Source of the DNA: Gordius albopunctatus
Lineage: Eukaryota
Direction of reading: 5' to 3'
DNA: 64,000 bases
NCBI GenBank assembly: GCA_964276515.1
Contig: OZ193909.1
Location: forward strand, 11,718,001-11,782,000
The stretch's first letter is position 1; the number at the start of each line of letters is the position of its first letter. Shown piece by piece: positions 38,753 to 51,153 of this stretch. Made by a program: the position numbers and the translations under genes. Below the pieces are notes generated by a model. The model was not told where the DNA came from and made no database searches. It was given only the letters and a program-made list of their open reading frames with translations.

Positions 38753-41700
38753 CTTCTTCTTCTTCTTCTTTATCAGTTATTTGGTCCCACATTGGTGGGG
38801 TTTGTTTTGATGAGTCTCTTCCATCTTGACCGGGTTAGTGCCATGTCTTGACGAATCTCTTTAGTTTCCATAACTTTATCGACTTGCCTTTTCCACGTGA
38901 CACGGGGTCGTCCTCTTCCTCTCTTCCCCGGTATTTTCATGTCTAGCACTTTTCGATTTACGTCATCCGGGTCCCTTCTTAGTATATGCCCATACCACCT
39001 TAGCCGATTTTCGTTAATCATGTCCGCCATAGGTTGAATACCCATTTTTGTCATGAGAAAGTCATTCGTCATATGGTCGAGCTTAGTATACCCCAAGCTC
39101 CACCGTATCATTCTCATCTCCGTGGCTTGTAATAGCTTTCCTTCCGTGGTGTTTAATGCCCATGTTTCACTTCCATAGAGTAACACCGGTCTTACGATGG
39201 ATTTGTAAGCTTTGCTCTTTAACCATATTGGCATTTTCTTGTCGCACATTACACCGGATATACTTCGCCATTTAAGCCATCCTTTTTGAATCCGGGCATT
39301 GATTTCAGTTGCGCAACCTCCCTCTTGATGTAGCATAGAGCCGAGGTAAGTAAACCTGTCTACTTTTGGGTACTTTAGGTGGTCATCCAGCGATGGGGTG
39401 CTTGTACCGTTCATTTCCATGTATACCGTTTTTCGATCGTTGACCTTTAAACCATATCCAGCTAAGCGCTTTGACCACTTTTCTGCTTCTTCGAATACCT
39501 TCTCCCTTGTTTCCTCGCATAGTACTATATCATCGGCATATAGGATACACCATGGCGATGGCTTTTGAAAGTCGCTCGTTATCGTGTCTATAATTATATT
39601 AAATAAAAAGGGACTTGAAGCAGAGCCTTGATGTATTCCAATATTAACCCGAAAAGGTTTAGAGTCTCCAACTGTCGTCCTAACGCAAGAGTTTGAAGCT
39701 TCATAAATATTTTTCATAAGCCGTATATATGCGTCAGGGATATTTTGTTTCCTCAGGCACCACCATATTAAGTCGCGGGGGACCGTATCATAAGCCTTCT
39801 CCAAGTCGATAAAAACCATATGTAGTTCTTTCCTCTTTTCGCCATACTTATCCATCATTTGTCTCAGGGCGAAGATTGGGTCGATTGATTTGCCGGTCAC
39901 GAATCCGAATTGATTAGCCGATATTTCCACCTCGCTTTTCAGCCTTGTTACTAAGATCCTTTCCAAAAGCTTGAAGGAGTGGCAAGTTAGCTTGATACCT
40001 CTGTAATTGCCGCAGTCCTGAGGGTCTCCTTTGCCTTTAAATAAGGGTATAATCGTGCTTGCTCTCCATTGATTAGGGATTCGCTCTTCTACCAATATCT
40101 TGTTAAGGAGGTTCGTCAAGGTGGTGACTCCTTCTTCACGACATCAGAGCCATGCTTCCATATGTATTCCATCTGGGCCATTTGCTTTTACTTTTTGCAT
40201 CTTGTTCATTTGTGTCCTAACTTCATTCTCTTGAAAGAGTTTGACCATACTTATATTTGGCTCAATTTCGGGAAGGGAATCCTTGTCATTTGCAATATTC
40301 ATAAGTTTCTTAAAATATCCTTTCCACCTTTCCATCACTTCTTTTGGCTTGAATAAGGTTTGACCCTTCTCGCTTTTTACTATTTCAATAACTCCGACAT
40401 CGCGACTTTTCTTCTCCCGTATCTTAGCCAATTTGTACATAAGCCTATCGCCCCCTTTATGATCCAGTTTGTTTGCCATCTCGGTGTACGCGGCATTCTT
40501 CGCTTTTGCAACGGCCTTTTTTGCTACCCTCTTTGCGTCCCTGTACTCTTGATAATCCTCTGACTTTTTTGATTTATGCCACAGTCTCTATAGATTTTTC
40601 TTTCTTTCGATTAAATCTTTAACCGATTGATCCCACCACCATAGTTCCCTATTCATAGCTTTGCCTCCTTTGGTCTGTCCTAGAACACGAATCGCTGTTT
40701 CCTTAATGTCCTTAGATAGCGTTTCCCAATCTTCGTCTACGTCCCTTTGCAACTTCCTTGCACTCAAGAGTGAGGAGGCTTTTTGATGGTATTCTTAGTT
40801 CGTCGACGTATCCTTTAGCCTTTCGTATCGAATTCGAGGTTCATATACCTTTCTTCTTTCGAGAAATACTCTTCTGTCAAGATCCATAACAATGGGACGA
40901 TGTTGCCTGGCGATTTCTTCTCCCGGTATTACTTTGCAATCTTTGATACTCCATAAGTCCTTTCGCCGTATAAGCAAATAGTCGATTTGACTAAAATGCT
41001 TCCCACTTCTATAGGTCACAATATGATCTTCGCGCTTTTGAAAATAGGTGTTAACGATCGCCATGTCATATGCTTGGGATACTTGGAGAAGTTTTTCCCC
41101 TTCTTTGTTCTTCAGACCATGCCCATAGCCTCCATGATTGCGTTCATACCCGAGGCGATCTTTCCCTACGTGAGCGTTGAAATCGGCCCCAATAATTAGC
41201 CTTTCTTCCTGTCGGATTTCTTGTATTTCCTTTTCCAATGATTCGAAGAATATGTCTTTCTCTGATTCCGAACACCCAATTTGGGGAGCATACGCGCACA
41301 TAACGGTTAGGAGACCCCCTTGATCTGCAATCTTCACCCACATTAGCCTGTCGGAACAACGTTTGACTTCCACCACCTTGTCCTTGAACGATTCACTTAG
41401 AACGATACCGACCCCGTTTCTACGATTTGGTGACCCACTGTAGAAAAGCTTGTATCCTTCTCCTAATTCCCGAGCTTTCGTTCCGTTCCACCTCGTCTCT
41501 TGTAGGCAGGCGATGTGTACCTTTCTTCTTTTTAACATCTGTGCGACCTCGATGCTCTTCCCCGTCAACGTTCCCACATTCCAGCACGTAATTCGCATTC
41601 TTTCCACAACTAGTTTCCTTAACCGCCTTCGTTGTGAGTTGGGCAGTAACCCTAGTGTATTTTTCACATTGCACGGTCGGGGTATGCAGTGCGCGTCGTT

Positions 41701-41843
41701 TGTGGAGGACGCCCTAGCCTTTTCTTGTAAAATCTCGTTTGAAACTATCATAAATTTTGGAGTTGATTTTTATAGCCGGTTTCCGACCTGACGCCAACCC
41801 TCCACTTTTTGCACACGGACTTGGGGTCGTCGTAGGTAGTGTT
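38753..41843 (-). mobile_element. Full-length RTE LINE; single APE-RT frame with three nonsense codons
   Basis: ORF pieces 41751-40795, 40479-40144 and 40119-38773 share one frame; YADD; (GAA)n tail; 19-bp TSD atatgatatatcatatatt. Confidence 0.96.
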
Positions 41844-42109
41844 ATATGATATATCATATATTATGTTTTTAAATTGTTAATCGACTATGCCTCGAGACTA
41901 TTTATTTTGTAATTAAAATTGGCGCTTAAAGCATCTTACTTCTTTTTAATAAAAATATTCAATTAAGTAATTAAATTTCCATATCATTCTTTATATCTAT
42001 TCATTTTTTTATTGGAGAAAAAGATTGTTAGCTACTAAGGCCTTTAAAAAATTCAATGAAGAATTATGTTTCGTACTACTTTATTAAATTACAATTATAA
42101 AAATGTTAA

Positions 42110-43310
42110 GGATCTTGTTACTATGAAGTTTAATCAATCCGCAAATATGACATTAATAAGTGATGGCTAGAATAATTTGCATGGAGAAAAGATAATCAAG
42201 TTCATAATTATGACTCCGACCCCTATATTTAGAGGATGAGTAAATAGGTTTTAATTATCACATAAGAGAATATATTAGTAAAGAAATAAGTAAAATAATA
42301 CAATAAATTGGCAAAGAAAAATTTATGTATGTTGTTACAAATAATGCAGCCAACATTAAAAATTAAGACCTTTTAAAAGCTAATTACACCGCACTTAAAT
42401 GTTTTGAGTACGTAGCCAATGGCATCTACTCGTCAAGGATATTTGTTTGAAAAGTGAAGTCATACATTGTTTGATTAATAAAGCCAAGAATACTATCAAA
42501 TATGTAAAGTGCAATACAATTCTTACATCGAATATAAAATAAAAATATTGCCCAAAAAAAGTTAGTTTCATTGAAAGTTCCAGGGCCTACTAGATGGGGT
42601 GCGGTTATTATGTAGGGTTGCATACATTGCCTTAATGGATTTGAAACTTAATTGACTCATTTACATGACCTTAGCTTCGCGACGTTAATTGACTCATTTA
42701 CATTACCTTACTACTTTGCGACGCTAATTGACCAATCAAATATACCTCGCGGATTCAACACTAAATGTTAATTGTTTTAATGTATTCAATTAATTCGCGA
42801 TTATATAAAGGAGTTTAAAACACTTCTTACTCACTTACTTTTCTCGCAAACGATTTACTTTAATTGGATATGCATAAAGTAATTATTACATTATCCTTCT
42901 GGTATTTACTTCCCGAAAGTTATAATGCTTGAGAGTTCAAGAAGTGGCAATCAGTAAAAGTTTTGATACAAACAAAAAGAAAATTTTGTGGACAGCGAAA
43001 ACTTTTGGAACTCTATTCAAACTATTTTGCCCCTCCTAGGCCTTATATATTCTAAAATATTGCAGGTAGGGGGGACAGAGCATTTTTGTCCGATGTAGTC
43101 GAAGTATTTTATATAATATACACATCTTTGAAATAAGGGCCATAGTATTACAAGAGCCATAACATTAATCATCTAAATGACGAAATACGCAAAAATTGTG
43201 GCCATAAGATACAATTTGCACCTTATCCACCAAGTAAACCCAATCGATTATTATGCAGTGTCATCCTCAGATTCTACACGTGGATATTCAAATACCGATT
43301 AATGTAAATC
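42110..43310 (+). mobile_element. Degenerate hAT transposase remnant
   Basis: ISDG*NN, VVTNNAANI and LKVPGPTRWG pieces; boundaries approximate. Confidence 0.6.
42611..42918 (+). mobile_element. Solo LTR related to the 61128-62294 LTRs
   Basis: tgtagggttgc...ttcccgaaa; shares aattgaccaatca, caacactaaat, aaggagtttaaaac and cacttacttttct; imperfect 4-bp TSD atta/gtta. Confidence 0.7.
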
Positions 43311-43368
43311 TGTTTCAATCATAGACTAATAATACCATAGAGATAGACTAGTGATGGTGAAATAGCGT

Positions 43369-43690
43369 TTGAGAGGCGCTAAAGCTATAGCACATAGTCA
43401 CGCGGAGGCGCTACAGTTATAGCACATAGTCGCGTGGAGGCGCTACAGTTATATCACATAGTCACACGAGGGCGCTAGAGCTGTAGGAGATAGGAACACG
43501 AGGGCGCTAGAGCTGTAGGAGATAGGAACACGAGGGCGCTAGAGCTGTAGGAGATAGGAACACGAGGGCGCTAGAGCTGCAGGAGATAGGAACACGTGGG
43601 TGCTAGAGCTGTAGGAGATAGTCACATAGCTATGTGCTATAGGTGTAGCGCCTCCAAGTGACTATGCCATGTAGATGGGAGGCGCTACAA
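43369..43690. repeat. 32-bp subterminal tandem array with an inverted copy
   Basis: gagggcgctagagctgtaggagataggaacac at 43468, 43500, 43532 and 43564, plus variants. Confidence 0.85.
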
Positions 43691-43914
43691 GTGCTGGTGC
43701 TAAGCGTTTTACCGATTCGGACCCATAATCACTAATGGACATAATAAATAACACATTTCCAAACTAGATACAAAATCGTAAATAAATAAAATAATGGAAA
43801 ATATAAATTATAATAATTATATATATTAAATATATGTTTAAATTGATAAATGCACAATAGTATATTACATAATATATATAAGATAGCATATATTGTAATA
43901 CAATATAGTTTTTT

Positions 43915-44580
43915 AATAAATGCGCTAACATAAAAACGTCTATAGACATACTAAAACCTATATTATAACTGGATAAACGTAACTTTGTGATTAGTTAATG
44001 AATATATGCAAGCATATAATAATTGGTAATAATATATAGTTTTCTATTCAATGCGTTAACATGAAAATGTCTATAGTGATACTAATACCTATATTATAAG
44101 TGAATAAAGGTAACTTTGTGATTAGTTAATGAATATATGCAAGCACATAATACATTTTAAAATATATAGTTTTATATTCAATGCATTAACATGGAAATGT
44201 CTGTAGCCATACTAATACCTATATTATAAGTGAATAAAGGTAATTTTGTGATTAGTTAATGAGTATATGCAATTGGTGCCCTATCAACTCGCCGAAAATC
44301 ATCTCGCCGAATTTAATGTCCCCCGTTTAAAAAAGGTCCCCTAATTTAAAATCGTCGCCCATTCAACCAATCACAAAATGGGGGACCTTTTTTTAAACCG
44401 GGGGACATTAAATTCGGCGAGATGGTTTTCGGCAAGTTGACGGGCCACCTATGCAATTATATAATAAATTTTAACAATATATATATATTTCCAATTCAAC
44501 ACGTCTATAGCCATACTAATAACTATATTATAAATGGATAAACGTAAGTTTGTGCAGCACATAATAAAATGTAATGCTAT
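43915..44580. repeat. About 131-bp AT-rich tandem repeat
   Basis: taa.tttgtgattagttaatga at 43980, 44111 and 44241; interrupted by a MITE. Confidence 0.75.
44275..44449. mobile_element. MULE-type foldback MITE, 175 bp
   Basis: 9-bp TSD tatgcaatt; nearly the whole element is an inverted repeat. Confidence 0.9.
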
Positions 44581-46293
44581 ATAGTTTTTTTTAACATTTT
44601 ATTGGGCAATAAAAATAAATAGTGAATTATACAAAACAAAATATGGGTCCACAAAATTTATTCTGAATAAAAGATAAGTTGCATGATATAAAAATCAAAA
44701 TTTTTAAAGAAGAATTTTTAATTGTATTTATTAACCCTGTGCCACCCACTTACGTGTGTTAAGCGATAACTTATATATACGTCCCCCCACACACATACGC
44801 GTAATTTTTACTCCTTACTCCTATTTATGATGAGGTACGATTTTTAGTCTTTTAAGATATAAATAGTTAAAACAATTTTTATTGCTTATTGCCGGAGAAG
44901 TAAAATACTCAAGCTAAATAAAGAAATTAAAAAATAATGATCATCCCTCTATACGAAGATATAAAAAATGTTTTATTCCCGATAATTTAGATTTTGTTTA
45001 ATTCGCGGGATAATTCTCCGACGTTCGCAATAGTTTAATAAATAAAATTTTCTGAGTATTTTAGAAACCCTTAAGAGTACTTATGGGTTGTGAGAAACCC
45101 CATATTATTATAATTTAAAATCATATAAGCAGTTTTAGATTTAGCTTGGTTTTATATCGTCCTTTTAAAGTTATATTTTTCCGTTAAAATCAAGCGGGAA
45201 CTGATGATGAACTAAGACATAAATAATTACATAATTTGGATTCACTATTTTACAAAATATATAAGAAATAGATTTTAAAATTTATTCACGATTTTGTATA
45301 TGATTTATTTCTCAGATTCACTAGCTTCTGTGAAGTCGCTAGTGTCTCTTTCATCGGATAGATTATTAGAAATATTATTGGATATAAAGATTGAAGGCAA
45401 ATCTGAAAAATTATAATACCGCGAGTCATAACAATAGGAAACAAGACTAGAGATATTGTCGATATAATAAAAAATATCAATATCGCGCGAAGCATCATTG
45501 TATGAGGCGAGTAGGGTGCTAATTTGTGAATTCTTTTCATGGACGCGTTTATTTATATAATATAAAATGCGACCTTGATCAATCTGCAAAAGATTAATCT
45601 CGGTTTTCCCGTTATCCTACTAATTTTCTCTAAAGGGTTTGCAACAACAGCGTCTTTACTTATCGTAACAAGACATTCATACTCTTCCTTCGGAGTTTCA
45701 TGGTTGTGCTGAAGATTAACAGCAATAATACCATTCACTTCCGAGGTTGTTACTGGACAAGCTGAATTTCGGCACTTGTAATAAACTTTGTTGGGCATCT
45801 TCCTGTTCTTAACATACAGGTAGGAAGAGTAATAAAGGATTGATCCTCCTTTTTGGGATTTAATATAAATGGGAGTTTGTTCTAAAAATAAAATAAAAAT
45901 TATTTATGTGATATATATCTCGATGAATAGCTTTCATCTGGTTGGTAGCATCAACAAAAATTAGTGCATCTTCAATTGAAGGACCTTTTAAAATATTAAT
46001 GTGAAACATTTAAAATAATCATTTTACCACTTGAAGTCATAGAACTTATGGTAGATGAAGAAGAGCCTAAAGATGATGCTATGACAATATAAACTATGAA
46101 TCAAGTATATTCATACTTGGGCAAGCAGATTGCCTAATTTTGAGAGGTTCCAGACAATCTTGGAAATTGTACATTTGTTATGGGTGTACCAACAACATAT
46201 AAAGATGATGCTATAACAATATAAACTATGAATCAAGTAAATTCATACTTGGGCGAGCAGATTGCCTAATTTGAGAGGTTCCAGACAATCTTG

Positions 46294-46545
46294 TGTAACG
46301 AAGTGGCCGATCCCATCCTCGTCGCCAAATGTAACGAAGTGGCCGATCCCATTCTCGTCGCAAAATGTAACGAAGTGGCCGATCCCATTCTCGTCGCAAA
46401 ATGTAACGAAGTGGCCGATCCCATCCTCGTCGCAAAATGTAACGAAGTGGCCGATCCCATCCTCGTCGCCAAATGTAACGAAGTGGCCGATCCCATTCTC
46501 GTCGCCAAATGTAACGAAGTCGCCGATCCCATCCTCGTCGCCAAA
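46294..46545 (-). repeat. 7 x 36-bp array: TT + 18-nt PBS (tRNA-Ser GCU-like) + last 16 nt of the LTR
   Basis: Unit on + strand tgtaacgaagtggccg-atcccatcctcgtcgcca-aa. Confidence 0.92.
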
Positions 46546-46849
46546 TGTAACGAAGTGGCCGGCTGGTAGAACCCTAAGCTCCCGTATACTAGGCTCCCGT
46601 ATAACACTAACTCCGATTCTAAACCAAGAGACTAAGTCAAAAGACAGAGACTGTTTTATTAGGTGGATAAGGTTTTATATATACATAGCGAAGGACATAT
46701 ATAAAAGTAGTAATCAAATAAGAGATAAAGTACGGTGTAAACTAAGGTATATTCAAATGGCTAAGCGTATTTCAATCATCTGTGACCGCGCTCATGTATA
46801 GGAAAAACGCGTGTATTCAAATTGCAACCTTGAATGCCGCTACACTACA
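46294..46849 (-). mobile_element. Solo LTR with a tandem PBS/U5 extension
   Basis: TGTAG...TTACA ends; 5-bp TSD tcttg; TATA and AATAAA on the minus strand; core LTR 46546-46849. Confidence 0.88.
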
Positions 46850-49220
46850 TCTTGGAAATTGCAGATTTGGTATGGGTGTACCGACAACATATAAAGATGA
46901 TGCTATAACAATATAAACTATGAATCAAGTAAATTCATAGTGGGCAAGCAGATTGCCTAATTTCAGAGGTTCCAGACAATCTTGGAAATTGCACATTTGG
47001 TACGGGTGTACGAACAACATATAGAGATGATGCTATAATAATATAAACACTGAATCAAGTAAATTCATACTTGGGCGAGCAGATTGCCTAATTTTAAGAG
47101 GTTCCAGACAATCTTGGAAATTGCACATTTGGTATGGGTGTACCAACAACATATAAAGATGATGCTATAACAATATAAACTATGAATCGAGTAAATTCAT
47201 ACTTGGGCAAGCAGATTGCCTAACTTGGGGATTTCCAGGCATAATAAGAATAGATGTTCCAACAATAGGAAATTGCACAATTGACAAATTAAAAAGTGTA
47301 TTGGCAAAATTTGAAATTATCTTTAATAAAATATTTAATTCGAGCAATCAAATGATTGGTTTTCAAAGTTTATATGTTATGTCGTACGAGCGCAAATTCA
47401 TTAAGAGTTTTGATTGGTTTTAAGGATTTTGTCCATTATTTCTTTTGACCAGGAGTGGTTTCACCATCACTACCATAGACTGCCGAACAGCTGTTTTTTA
47501 CATTAATACCACGAAGTCATCCAGGAAGTCGCCATGTCATAAGTGGAAATTCTTGAAATTAAGGTAAAATTGATATATCCTAAAATATATGCTAAATTTC
47601 ATCCAAAATGAGATTTTTAATCTATTTTTTAAATAAATGAATAACATAAATTAATTTAAAAAAAAAATTTTGTAAAGTGTTATTTGGAAAATGAGGTCTT
47701 GCTCAGTAAAGAACTGCATATCTTACCTTAACAAATAAAATAGCAAAAAGCTTTTATTTCAGAATTTATGTATATTTTTAGATTTCCATAAGATCCAGAG
47801 TTATTGTTTAAATAGATTAAATTGATGGGCCCTAAATTTAAATTGAAACAACATTCAAGTATATGCAGTAAACACCTTCGACCCCAGGATTTTAATAAAA
47901 ATAGAAGTTCAAATTATATTAAAGAAGATACTATGCCATCTCTGTATTTATTTCAGGTAATTTCTAAATTTGAATTAAATTCAACAGGATCAGTCATCAG
48001 GATTAATAGATCTAACAAAATTTCCCTCACATCAAGATTAGAAAGGCAACAGTTATAGGAGATGCTGAACTTAGTTCCTATTTTTATATTGGCCTCTGTG
48101 ACTAGTGCTTAAAAGATTAATTGCAGTAGACAAATAGCTCCTTGAAATGAATGTTGAAAAGGAGATGTTGCAAACAACCACAAGATTATTTGTACTCATA
48201 TTTTACAATGTTTTAATGTATTAAATCATGTAATAAATTTTACAAACTATGCATATATTTTATAAAATAAAACTAATGCCTCATTTTATTTTAATCTAAG
48301 TGATTTTGTATTTGATTTTTTACATTTTGAAGTTTGCTTCTTGTTTGTTTATGGATTTTCTTTTCAATTAGTCCAATCTTAAACATATTTAATCCACTAC
48401 AATGGAATAATACTTATAAAATTTGGTAAGACTAGAAATAAAAATTTGTCTACTTTTAATATTAATATTTGTTGAATAAGTCATGGTCGTGATATAAAAA
48501 CCAGATAAAAATAAGTAAGAATTTTAAAAATCAAATATAAAAAGTTCAAGGGGGGGTGCTTGTTCTCCCTGTCTACCCTATTTACCCCCTTGTGCTTTTA
48601 AAAACTAATGCAATTTATTAAAAAATTTAGGCCAAAAAATATTTCTAATTGCTGGCTCCAAAGCAAATTTAGGGGAGAAAGCATTTGAAACTTTTCATTA
48701 TTTAATTGTCAACCCTTTTTATCTTTAGGCTATTTATTAATTTATTTAAAAAACAAATGTGGGCTAGTGTTCAGTCCACTAATGCTATAAAGATTTTCAA
48801 AAATAATGAAACAATTATAATATTTTAAAAAATAAAAATAAACTTTTTTCTAAAAGCCTTTTATTTATAATAGAAATTAAGGTTTTTCATTCATTAATTG
48901 GATCTAACATTTTTTCATCTTTAATTATGTTGATCCGGAAGTAGGCTCTCTAAATCATTTACAATTATTAGTTAAATTAATAGTTAATACATATAGCAAA
49001 ATTTTTCTTCATAATTTTTGCAATATTTCAAACCAAGATTTTAAAACTAACATTAGGCAAAAATTTAATAAAACTATTATTTTTACGGGAGAGTAAATTT
49101 TTTATTGACAATTAGTTAATTTATTAATATATTTTTACTTCATAAATCTTGCATGATGCCCGGTATCGTTTTATGTAAAATTGTATCTTTGATATGCGAT
49201 AATACTTTAAATATAATATA

Positions 49221-50069
49221 CTAGCTGTGCCCGGCCAAGCGTTGCTTTGGCTCAGTCCTTAAGTGGTTAAATAAGTATAACCTATTAATAAGACTTATCT
49301 AAAATGGGGTCATATATGAAATAATAATTCAAATAAATAAAATATCCATAATATTTATTTAGAGCACGAATTTTATCACGTCATGGATTTTATGAACCCA
49401 CTATTTTTAGTATAAGACAAACCAAATGCGAATTCTGTTTTAGTCATCAAATCCGACTAAAATTAAATGTTTTTGAAAAAATTGCTGATTAATGCTGTTA
49501 CTTATTATACAATAATACCATTATTTTTTTTTCTAGTTAGCTGATTTATTTGAAATACAATTTTCTTTAATATAATAAAATAAGTAATTAAAGGATGGAT
49601 AATTATTAAAAATATGCTTCCATGATCGACCACGTGATAATAATTTATATATTATTTATTTAATTTAAATAGTTGATTAAACCCCAATAATTTTGACCGT
49701 ATACTGTAACATTTTTATTATACTTTTAAATATCTAATTCGAGAAAACTTCAGCCTTGTATGTATGACGTCATTATTGTATATGCTGCTATAAATTAAAC
49801 TGGCTGGGAAATGTCCGATATTTTTAAAACGAAAAGGTATTTTAGGAATCAAACGACAAAACGTATAAGACTAAATAACCTGACCGTCTTGTGACTTAGA
49901 AATTTGGAATATAGTTTAAAACCTATTCTCAGACCTACCAAATATTCGCCGAAATTTTCATAAAAATCGGTCCAGCCGTTTAGTAGGAGTTTAGCAACAA
50001 ACACCGTGACACGGGAATTTTATATATTAGATATATATATACATAGACTTTACTTTATATAGATAGATT
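49221..50069 (-). mobile_element. Non-autonomous Helitron (family A) containing a family-C 5' segment
   Basis: Ends match 3677 and 7077; A|T target; second TC start at 50031. Confidence 0.8.
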
Positions 50070-50328
50070 ATAGATGGCGCTATATTTATATTTCTCTTTA
50101 TCATTTTAAATCGTAAAATATTCATTTTTTCTTAAAAGATTTTTCAAATTCAAAAACAATGGTGTTTTCTCTTTCCTTAATTATTTTCTTTACGAAATGT
50201 TTTTTAATGATTTAGTAACTTAATTTATAAATTTAAAAAATATGTATTAAAATAGAACGAAATAGATTACGTTGAGTTCTATACGCAGATAAAATTTCCA
50301 CATACATGGCGGTTTATATAGTTACTTC

Positions 50329-50725
50329 CGGAGCTGTTAATCGCACCTAAAAAACCGCTGCGGCACTCGCACTTTGAGAAAATTCGGTGCGCGCACTCGC
50401 ACAAACCCGGTGCGCGCACTGGCACCCATAATATTTTACACTTTATCTAAATTCTAAATATATTACAATGTTTAATTTAAAACTTTTATTATGCCGATTT
50501 ATCTATATATATACAAATCTAAGTCCCTTTTTTTGAACGCTAATAACTTTTAGAGTTCTGAACCGATTGTCACCAAATTTGGCCAGATTATTGCCTTAGC
50601 ATTGTAGAAGGTTTATAGATACATTTTATCAACCTACGACAGCGGGAACCATGTTTTTTGGTAGGGTATACCGCCATCTAGCGGATTATTTATACTGCGT
50701 GCGTGCGCGCACCTTAAAAGCTCTG
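50329..50725. mobile_element. hAT-type MITE
   Basis: 8-bp TSD gttacttc; TIR cggagctgttaa/cagagcttttaa; gtgcgcgcac subterminal motifs; Helitron-like 5' fragment at 50502. Confidence 0.8.
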
Positions 50726-51153
50726 GTTACTTCTGAATTATCAGCTGTTTGGCAGTCTATGGTATATTAGTCTATGGTTTCGATAAATAAATAACAAACT
50801 TTCTAGATGTATTTATTGAATTATTTAACAGTTTGTTATAAATTTCTCAAAAAATCTTTATAAAATCGTTGTTAAATGTGTTTTTAGGGTTTGATTAATT
50901 TTTCAAGTTGTTGATTCACCCTAAATGGGGCTATTTTAAAATTTTTCTTATTTTTCCAAAAATTCCCGTATCTTCCCAATTTCCCATTAGAAATTTCCCC
51001 GGTGCTTGCATTTGGGAAAATAGGACCGACTTAAAGACCGTAAAAGAGTCTAAGAAATTTACTATAATTCAACACGAGTAAATTAACTTTTATTCTTGTC
51101 TTTAGCGTTGTCTTACGTGTCGTAACTCCCAACTTACCCATAATTTTTATCCC

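Larger units (their letters stand above)
46069..47222 (-). repeat. 131-bp tandem repeat: 93-nt exon + 38-nt intron, interrupted by a solo LTR
   Basis: ag|CATCATCTTTA...TGCCCAA|gtatg units. Confidence 0.85.
45305..47300 (-). pseudogene. FLYWCH-MULE derivative lacking the DDE core, with a 131-bp exon+intron array
   Basis: YYKCRNSACP..HNHE joined near 45610 to the C-terminal QIDQG..ERDTSD segment homologous to 29900-30182. Confidence 0.75.
43349..47472 (-). mobile_element. TIR element carrying an internally deleted FLYWCH-MULE gene
   Basis: 14-bp TIR tagtgatggtgaaa; imperfect 8-bp TSD agatagac/ccatagac; inserted inside the left TIR of the P-like element. Confidence 0.75.
43320..50776 (+). mobile_element. 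P-element-like non-autonomous transposon with a degenerate THAP domain, hosting nested TEs
   Basis: TIR catagactaat(a)ataccatagac-tgcc.aacagctg; 8-bp TSD gtttcaat/gtttcgat; THAP remnants MRSCSVKNC, FP, ICSKH and TMPSL at 47691-47956. Confidence 0.8.

Noticed and set aside
46297..46329. Genuine tRNA gene
   Set aside because: Only the tRNA ends are represented; no anticodon arm or complete T arm
46294..46561. CRISPR array or repeat-protein ORFs (46226-46801)
   Set aside because: No unique spacers and no cas genes, in a eukaryotic context; the ORFs are by-products of a 36-bp period without stops
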